The translations under genes and the position numbers were made by a program. Of a stretch of 42,746 nt of DNA, positions 36,587 through 42,746 are shown one piece after another (position 1 is the stretch's first letter; the number at the start of each line of letters is the position of its first letter). The notes beneath the pieces were generated by a model. It ran no database searches and was not told where the DNA came from. It saw nothing but the letters and a program-made list of their open reading frames with translations. The stretch comes from Candidatus Rokuibacteriota bacterium (lineage in GTDB: Bacteria; Methylomirabilota; Methylomirabilia; Rokubacteriales; DASRDR01): contig JBIOTN010000090.1 of the NCBI GenBank assembly GCA_044866005.1, positions 1-42,746 on the forward strand. The letters are read 5' to 3'.

Positions 36587-37933
36587 GTGGACGACGTCTT
36601 CGCGTACGTCGACGAGCACCGTGCGCGCTTCGTCGAGGAGCTGCTGGTCCTCTTGCGCCAGCCCTCGATCTCGGCCCAGGGCGTGGGGGTCGAGGCCTGC
36701 GCCGAGCTGGTCCGCGGCGTCATGGCGGCGGCGGGCCTCGAGGCGCGCCTCCTCCCGACCGCCGGCTACCCGGTCGCCTACGGCGAATGGCACTCGGCCG
36801 ACGCGCGCCGCACGGTCCTCGTCTACGGCCACTACGACGTCCAGCCGCCGGAGCCGCTCGAGGCGTGGACGACCCCGCCCTTCGAGCCGTCGGTCCGTGA
36901 CGGCCGGATCTACGCGCGCGGCGCGGGCGACAACAAGGGGCAGCTCTTCGCCCACGTGAAGGCGATCGAGGCCGTGCTCCGCACCCGGGGCCGCTTGCCC
37001 GTCAACGTGAAGATGCTCGTCGAGGGGGAGGAGGAGATCGCGAGCCTCCACCTGGGCGACGTGGTCGCCGCCCACCGCGACCGCCTGCGGGCCGACCTGG
37101 CCTACTCCTCCGACGGCCCGATGCACCCGACCGGCCCCATGGTCTTCTTCGGCTGTCGCGGCCTCCTCTACCTCGAGCTGTCCGCCACCGGCGCGCGGCG
37201 CGACCTGCACTCGGGCAACTACGGCGGCGTGGCCCCGGCGCCCGCGATCCGCCTGGGCCAGGCGCTCGGGTCGCTCTGGGACCGGCGCGGGCGGGTGGCG
37301 GTGCGCGGCTTCTACGACCGGGTCCGCCCGCCGACCGCGGCCGAGCGCCGCCTGCTGCGGGCGGTCCCGTTCGACGAGAAGCTCGTGCGGGCGGACCTCG
37401 GCGTCGCGCCCGTGGGCCGGCTCAGGGACGCGGCGTACTACCGGCGGCTCCTGCTCGAGCCCAACCTGAACGTGGCCGGCCTCACCGCCGGCTACCAGGG
37501 CCCCGGCAGCAAGACGATCATCCCGCACGCGGCGCGCGCCAAGCTCGACGTCCGGCTCGTCCCCGACCAGTCGCCGGACGAGATCGAGGCCAGGCTCCGG
37601 GCCCATCTCCGCCGGGCCGGATTCGCCGACGTGGCCGTCGCCCGGCTCGGCGCCGTGCCGCCCTCGCGCACGCCCGTCGATCACCCCTTCGGCCGCGCGG
37701 TGATCCGCGCCGTGGAGCGCGCCTGGGGACGGGCACCGGTGGTCGTCCCGAACCTCGGGGGGACCATTCCCGACCATCTCTTCACGCAGGGGCTCGGGCT
37801 TCCCAGCATCTGGGTGCCCTACGCGCCGCACGACGAGGCCAACCACGCGCCGAACGAGAGCACGACGATCGAAGCCTTCGTGAACGGGATCCGCACGACC
37901 GCCGCGGCCCTGTTCGAGCTCGCCGCGGCCTGA
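36587..37933 (+). CDS. M20 family metallopeptidase/amidohydrolase (dipeptidase-like)
   Basis: YGHYDVQP, ARGAGDNKG, EGEEEIAS, DLHSG.YGG, NHAPNE. Confidence 0.93.
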   Translation: MDDVFAYVDEHRARFVEELLVLLRQPSISAQGVGVEACAELVRGVMAAAGLEARLLPTAGYPVAYGEWHSADARRTVLVYGHYDVQPPEPLEAWTTPPFEPSVRDGRIYARGAGDNKGQLFAHVKAIEAVLRTRGRLPVNVKMLVEGEEEIASLHLGDVVAAHRDRLRADLAYSSDGPMHPTGPMVFFGCRGLLYLELSATGARRDLHSGNYGGVAPAPAIRLGQALGSLWDRRGRVAVRGFYDRVRPPTAAERRLLRAVPFDEKLVRADLGVAPVGRLRDAAYYRRLLLEPNLNVAGLTAGYQGPGSKTIIPHAARAKLDVRLVPDQSPDEIEARLRAHLRRAGFADVAVARLGAVPPSRTPVDHPFGRAVIRAVERAWGRAPVVVPNLGGTIPDHLFTQGLGLPSIWVPYAPHDEANHAPNESTTIEAFVNGIRTTAAALFELAAA

Positions 37934-37961
37934 CGCGCTCACCCTCGACGAGGAGGCCGCC

Positions 37962-39506
37962 ATGCCCACGCCGCGAACCCTCATCCGCGCCGGCGCCATC
38001 GTCCTGATGCTCGCGCTCCCGAGCCTCGGGGGAGCCGCCACCGCCGCGCCGCGCGGCCGTGTCGTGGTGGCGTTCGGCACCGACACGTCCACGATGGATC
38101 CGCACATGCACACCGAGCGCATCGGGATCCTCGTGAACCAGCACATCTTCGACACGCTGCTCGCCCGCGATACCACCACGTGGCAGCCCATCCCGCACCT
38201 GGCCGAGGCGGTCAAGGCCGTGAACCCGACGACGTGGGAGCTCCGGCTCCGCCGTGGGGTGAAGTTCCACAACGGCGAGCCCTTCACCGCCGAGAGCGTC
38301 AAGTTCTCCTTCGAGCGGGTGCTCAACCCCGATCAGAAGTCGCCCATCCGCGGGAACTTCACCTGGGTCAAGTCGGTCGAGGCCGTGGACGAGCACACCG
38401 TCCGCATCGTGACCGAGAAGCCGTACCCGCTCTTCCAGGAGATCCTGACCTTCGGGAACTTCGGGATGGTGCCGCCCCGGTACATCAAGGAGAAAGGGGA
38501 CGCCCACTTCGCGCGGAACCCGGTGGGCACCGGTCCCTACCGCTTCAAGGAGTGGCGCAAGGGCGAGCAGCTCTCCGTGGAGGCGAACGACCAGTACTGG
38601 AAAGGGGCGCCGGCGATCCAGACCATCGTCTTCCGCGTGATCCCGGAGACCGCGACCCAGATCGCGGAGCTCCTCTCGGGCGGCGTGGACATCATCCGCG
38701 CGGTCCCGCCCGACCAGATCCCGGCGATCAAGAGCTCGGGCGTGGCGCGGGTGACCGCGACCAAGATCCTGCGCGTGGTCTTCCTCCAGCTGGACGGGGA
38801 CGCGCGCGCCTCGAAGACCCCGCTCACCGACGTCCGCGTCCGCCGCGCGGTCAACCACGCCGTCAACGTGGACGAGATCATGGACAAGGTGCTCGGGGGC
38901 ATGGCGGTCCGGACGCCCGCCGGGAACAACCCCATGGCCTTCGGCTTCGACGCCGGCGCCCGACCGATCCCCTTCAACCCCGACCAGGCCCGGAAGCTCC
39001 TCGCCGAGGCCGGCTACCCGAACGGCTTCGAGATGAGCCTCAACACCTACGCCGGCTCCATCGTGGCCGTGGACCAGGTGGCGCAGGCGGTCACGGGATA
39101 CCTCGCCCGCGTCGGCATCCGGGCGCGGCTCCGCCATTTCGCGGACGTCGGCCAGTACCTCGCGAACTTCCGCGGCTCGAAGCTCGAGGGCGCGACGCTG
39201 GCCTCGTGGGGGTACAACTCGGTCTTCGATTCGGACGCCATCTACTACGTCCACTTCCACACCGGTCAGCCGTACACCTACAACGCCGCCCGGGAGATGG
39301 ACGAGTGGCTGGACGAGGCGCGGGCCACGCTGGACCCGAAGAAGCGGCTCACGCTCTACGCGAAGCTCCAGCGCTTCATCGTCGACCAGGCGTACTGGGT
39401 GCCGATGTACGCCCAGTACACGATCGAGGCGGTGTCCAACAAGCTCGACTACGAAGCCTCCAGCGACGAGATCATGCGCATCTTCGCCGCCACGTGGCGC
39501 CAGTAA
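37962..39506 (+). CDS. Peptide/nickel ABC substrate-binding protein (family 5)
   Basis: RBS GAGGAGG; LRRGVKFHNGEPFTAESVKFSFER, PVGTGPY, DVRVRRAVNHAV, ARKLLAEAGY. Confidence 0.94.
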   Translation: MPTPRTLIRAGAIVLMLALPSLGGAATAAPRGRVVVAFGTDTSTMDPHMHTERIGILVNQHIFDTLLARDTTTWQPIPHLAEAVKAVNPTTWELRLRRGVKFHNGEPFTAESVKFSFERVLNPDQKSPIRGNFTWVKSVEAVDEHTVRIVTEKPYPLFQEILTFGNFGMVPPRYIKEKGDAHFARNPVGTGPYRFKEWRKGEQLSVEANDQYWKGAPAIQTIVFRVIPETATQIAELLSGGVDIIRAVPPDQIPAIKSSGVARVTATKILRVVFLQLDGDARASKTPLTDVRVRRAVNHAVNVDEIMDKVLGGMAVRTPAGNNPMAFGFDAGARPIPFNPDQARKLLAEAGYPNGFEMSLNTYAGSIVAVDQVAQAVTGYLARVGIRARLRHFADVGQYLANFRGSKLEGATLASWGYNSVFDSDAIYYVHFHTGQPYTYNAAREMDEWLDEARATLDPKKRLTLYAKLQRFIVDQAYWVPMYAQYTIEAVSNKLDYEASSDEIMRIFAATWRQ

Positions 39507-39631
39507 CCGCCGCCGGGGGCCTGCGCGCGCCGGCCCGGCCGGCGCCACGGCGCGGCGCCGGACGGGCGGGCGAGGCCCGGCGCGGGCCGCGCCGGGGCGC
39601 GCGACGGGCGTAGGTCCCGCCCGAGGCGTCC

Positions 39632-40558
39632 GTGTCCTACCTCACCCACCGGCTCCTCCAGGCCCTGGTGGTGTGCCTGGGGATCTCCGTCATCACGTTC
39701 GCGCTCCTCCACATGGTCGGGAACCCCGTCCTGCTCCTGCTCCCGCAGGACGCCTCGGACGTCGACGTGACGCTCCTCAAGCAGAAGCTCGGGCTCGACC
39801 GTCCGCTCGTGATCCAGTACGCCGCCTTCCTCGGCGACGCCGCGCGCGGCGACTTCGGACGCTCGCTCTTCACCCAGGAGTCGGCCCTCGCGCTGATCCT
39901 CGAGCGCATGCCCGCCACGCTCGAGCTGACGTTCGCCGGGCTGCTGGTGGCCGTCGCCATCGCCATCCCCCTCGGGATCGCGGCCGCGATCCGCCGCGGC
40001 GCCCTGACCGACCGCCTCTGCACGCTGCTCGCGGTGGGGGGCCAGGCGATGCCGATCTTCTGGCTCGGCATCATGCTGATCATCCTCTTCGCCGTGAAGC
40101 TCAGAGCCCTGCCGGCCTCCGGGCGGGGGACCCTGGCGCATCTCGTCCTGCCCGCGATCACCCTCGGCGCCTACCTCGCTCCGCTCACGATGCGGCTCAC
40201 GCGCTCGGAGATGCTCCACGTGCTCACCCAGGACTACATCCGCACGGCGCGCGCCAAGGGCGTGCGCGACGTCGTGCTCCTCGGCAAGCATGCCCTGCGC
40301 AATGCCGCCATCCCCATCGTCACGATCATCGGCCTCCAGTTCGGGCGCCTGCTCGGCGGGGCCGTCGTGACCGAGACCGTCTTCGCCTGGCCGGGCGTCG
40401 CCTCGCTGGCCGTGAAGGCCATCCGCACCTACGACTACCCGGTCGTCCAGGGGACCGTGATCTTCCTCGCGCTCCTGATCGTCCTGGTCAACGTGCTGAC
40501 CGATCTCGTGATCGCCTATCTCGACCCGCGGATCCGCCTGGCGCGCGGCCGTGCGTAA
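39632..40558 (+). CDS. Peptide ABC transporter permease (DppB/OppB-like)
   Basis: LGLDRPL..QY, MPIFWLG, QDYIRTARAKG, HALRNA, VTETVFAWPG, DYPVVQG. Confidence 0.94.
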   Translation: MSYLTHRLLQALVVCLGISVITFALLHMVGNPVLLLLPQDASDVDVTLLKQKLGLDRPLVIQYAAFLGDAARGDFGRSLFTQESALALILERMPATLELTFAGLLVAVAIAIPLGIAAAIRRGALTDRLCTLLAVGGQAMPIFWLGIMLIILFAVKLRALPASGRGTLAHLVLPAITLGAYLAPLTMRLTRSEMLHVLTQDYIRTARAKGVRDVVLLGKHALRNAAIPIVTIIGLQFGRLLGGAVVTETVFAWPGVASLAVKAIRTYDYPVVQGTVIFLALLIVLVNVLTDLVIAYLDPRIRLARGRA

Positions 40559-41417
40559 GCGCTCCAGGCTCGTCCGGCTGCGGGTGCTCGTGTGGGGCGG
40601 GCTCATCGTCGCGGTCGCGCTCACGGCCGCCCTGTTCGCCCCGTGGCTCGTGCCGCACGACCCCTATCTCCAGGACGTGGGCGCGCGCCTGACGCCGCCG
40701 GTGTGGGCGCCCGGCGGGAGCTGGGCGCGGCCGCTCGGCACGGACGCCCTCGGCCGGGATCTCCTCTCGCGGATCATCTACGGGGCGCGCGTGTCCGTGA
40801 GCGCCGGCGCGCTCACGGTGGCGCTCTCCATGGTCCTCGGCGTCGCCCTGGGCCTGATCGCCGGGTACTACGGCGGCGCGGCCGACACGGTCATCAGCAA
40901 CCTCGTGGACACGCTGCTCGCCTTCCCCTTCATCCTGCTGGCGCTGGCGGCGGTGGCCGTCGTGGGGCCGAGCTTCACGAACATGATCGTGGTCCTCGGC
41001 GTGACCGCCTGGCCGGTCTACACGCGGGTCGTGCGGGCCGAGACCCTCAAGTACCGGCAGCTCGAGTTCGTCGTGGCCGCGGGGGCGCTCGGGATGAGCA
41101 GCCTGCGGATCCTCCGGGCGCACGTGCTCCCGAACCTCGCCGACACCGTGATCGTCATGGCCAGCCTCGAGGTGGCGCGGATGATCATCCTCGAGTCGTT
41201 CCTCTCGTTCCTCGGCCTCGGCATCCAGCCGCCCACCCCGTCGTGGGGCGGGATGCTGGGGGAGGGGCGGGTCTACGTGCTCACTCACTGGTGGCTCGCC
41301 GCCTTCCCGGGGTTCGCCATCTTCCTGACGACGCTGGGGATCAACCTCTTCGGTGACGGGCTCCGCGACGTCTTCGATCCGCACCGCGTCCTGGCCGCCG
41401 GGCCCCGGGCGGAGTGA
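40551..41417 (+). CDS. Peptide ABC transporter permease (DppC/OppC-like)
   Basis: LGTDALGRDLLSRIIYGARVS, HVLPN, LSFLGLGIQPPTPSWGGML, NLFGDGLRD..DP. Confidence 0.94.
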   Translation: MRKRSRLVRLRVLVWGGLIVAVALTAALFAPWLVPHDPYLQDVGARLTPPVWAPGGSWARPLGTDALGRDLLSRIIYGARVSVSAGALTVALSMVLGVALGLIAGYYGGAADTVISNLVDTLLAFPFILLALAAVAVVGPSFTNMIVVLGVTAWPVYTRVVRAETLKYRQLEFVVAAGALGMSSLRILRAHVLPNLADTVIVMASLEVARMIILESFLSFLGLGIQPPTPSWGGMLGEGRVYVLTHWWLAAFPGFAIFLTTLGINLFGDGLRDVFDPHRVLAAGPRAE

Positions 41418-41594
41418 GGCGGATTCCCTACCGCCGCGCGCGGTTCCATTTGGGAACGACGCGAGGCGATGCGCTCCGGGAAATTGCCGTGAGTCCCGCG
41501 CGCCCCGGCGGTATCCTGGGCGGGCTGCTCTCGCCCGCGGTCATGGGCGAAGCCGGGGGACGATGGGATGGCGCCGCGTCGCGAGGAACCGAAG

Positions 41595-41759
41595 ATGTTC
41601 GACGCCGGGCGTGTCGGGCTCGCCATGCGCGCGACGCGACAGGGCAACGAGCGCTATCCGTTCGTTCCCACGATGGCCCGCCGGCCGGGCGCGCTGCTCG
41701 CCGCCGCCGCCTTCGCCCTCGTCGCGGTCGGGTTCCTGGTGCTGGTCCTCGCCCGCTAG
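41595..41759 (+). CDS. Small hypothetical protein with a C-terminal TM helix
   Basis: GAGGA + ATG 41595; ends GALLAAAAFALVAVGFLVLVLAR. Confidence 0.4.
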   Translation: MFDAGRVGLAMRATRQGNERYPFVPTMARRPGALLAAAAFALVAVGFLVLVLAR

Positions 41760-41765
41760 TTGCTT

Positions 41766-41823
41766 CGGGGGGTGTCGGAAGCCTCCCCGATGCCCCCCGC
41801 CCCTGCGGCGGCGAAGCCGCCGC
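41766..41823. repeat. Double-hairpin intergenic element (REP-like)
   Basis: CGGGGGGTGTCGG (41766-41778) pairs with CCGATGCCCCCCG (41787-41799, two G-T pairs); then GCGGCGGC-GAA-GCCGCCGC (41805-41823). Only one copy in this window. Confidence 0.55.
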
Positions 41824-42044
41824 TCGGACGCGCCCCTGGCGGCCCGATGACGTGTCTCGTCGGGTCGGTTACCCCAGCACGGTTCTGGCGCCCACACCCG
41901 GTCGCCCGCCTTGCGAGCTGCCGGGAGGCCGGGCTATCCTGGGCCCCGATTACCGGGCCGACCGGGGGTTCCGGCGCGGCGGACCATCTCCGCCGCCGCC
42001 CGCTGATGTCCCTGACGTTCCACGCCGACCAAGGAGGGATCGCC

Positions 42045-42479
42045 ATGAAGCGCCTCGTGATCGTGAGCGTCTCGAGCCTCGTCCTCCTCACCGCCGCCGT
42101 GGCTCAGCAGCCGGCCGACCAGGCTCTCCCCAAGGGCTTCAAGGTCACGCCGGTCCTCAAGAGCAGCCAGACCGCCAGCAACATGCCCCTCGCCTACCCC
42201 GGGGGGAAGGCGGAGATGGTCTCCGTGATCGGGGAGCTGGAGCCCGGCGGGCGGACGGCGCTCCACCAGCACCCCGTGCCCGTCTTCGTCTACGTGATGG
42301 AGGGCACGCTGACCGTGCAGGCGGAGGGCGGGCAGCCGCGCGAGTACAGGCAGGGCCAGGCCTTCCTCGAGGACGTGAACCACTGGCACCAGGCCTTCAA
42401 CAAGACGGGCGCGCCGGTGAAGCTCCTGGTCGTCTTCACCGGGGAGCAGGGGAAGCCGACCACGATCAACAAGCAGTGA
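42045..42479 (+). CDS. Exported cupin domain protein
   Basis: RBS AAGGAGG + ATG 42045; signal peptide; LEPGGRTALHQHP...YVMEG...GQAFLE..NHWHQAFN. Confidence 0.9.
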   Translation: MKRLVIVSVSSLVLLTAAVAQQPADQALPKGFKVTPVLKSSQTASNMPLAYPGGKAEMVSVIGELEPGGRTALHQHPVPVFVYVMEGTLTVQAEGGQPREYRQGQAFLEDVNHWHQAFNKTGAPVKLLVVFTGEQGKPTTINKQ

Positions 42480-42515
42480 GGGCGACCGGACCTCCGACGC
42501 GCGGGGGCCCGCGGA

Positions 42516-42746
42516 TCAGCGGAGGTAGGGATTGGACTTCGGGCGCAGGAGGAGGCGCTCGCCCTCGTAGCGCAGGATCGCGCCCTCGGGCGTGATCGCC
42601 TCGACGAGGAGGGTCCCGTCCACCCGCTGCCCCTCGACGTACTTCCGGCTGTTGATGAAGACCAGCCGCTGGGCGTCGATCTCGGAGTAGACGAGGACGT
42701 CGAGGCTCAGCCGCTGCGCGGCCTCGCGCAGGACCGCCCCCGCCTC
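42516..42746 (-). CDS. gspB: Type II secretion GspB-like C-terminal domain (3' end; gene starts outside the window)
   Basis: Manual translation: ...LSLDVLVYSEIDAQRLVFINSRKYVEGQRVDGTLLVEAITPEGAILRYEGERLLLRPKSNPYLR*. Confidence 0.75.
   Translation of the reverse strand, partial: EAGAVLREAAQRLSLDVLVYSEIDAQRLVFINSRKYVEGQRVDGTLLVEAITPEGAILRYEGERLLLRPKSNPYLR

Noticed and set aside
161..42595. Many long antisense/alternate-frame ORFs (e.g. 1375-2535, 19534-21378, 30796-32805, 33781-35793, 36356-38326, 41414-42595)
   Set aside because: Shadow ORFs expected at very high GC; they overlap well-supported genes or lack any recognisable motif.
1..42746. CRISPR array, tRNA/rRNA, integrase or transposase
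   Set aside because: No regularly spaced repeats, RNA-gene signatures or recombinase motifs were recognised.

Overview
Very GC-rich bacterial chromosomal segment. Gene content and style (many ABC transporters, TAT-exported binding proteins, DinB and LVIVD proteins) suggest Candidatus Rokubacteria, but this is inference only. In order: a nucleoside hydrolase + sugar-type ABC operon; an Xre/MbcA-RES toxin-antitoxin pair; an internally deleted DinB relic; an exported protein with an MmpS-like C-terminus; a short mosaic of gene scraps; and a lower-GC island (~6.4-15.8 kb). The island carries three tandem ureohydrolase-fold genes (only one with an intact metal site), a GntR regulator, a class III aminotransferase, a Rid protein and a polar amino-acid ABC transporter. 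Next come tauCAB + a TauD-clan dioxygenase; an archaeal-type topoisomerase VI (top6B-top6A) with a divergent small basic protein; an arginase-family gene; an NYN protein; LysE; two trypsin-like proteases + a LuxR-type regulator; DinB; a polyamine-type ABC operon with an embedded LVIVD protein; a Rieske oxygenase + M20 peptidase + peptide ABC genes; a cupin; and the 3' end of gspB. The best candidate for an undescribed system is a putative three-subunit heteromeric ureohydrolase (1 catalytic + 2 pseudo-enzyme subunits) within a guanidino-compound catabolic island. No rRNA, tRNA, CRISPR array, integrase or transposase was recognised. All family assignments come from motifs read by eye, with no database searches.
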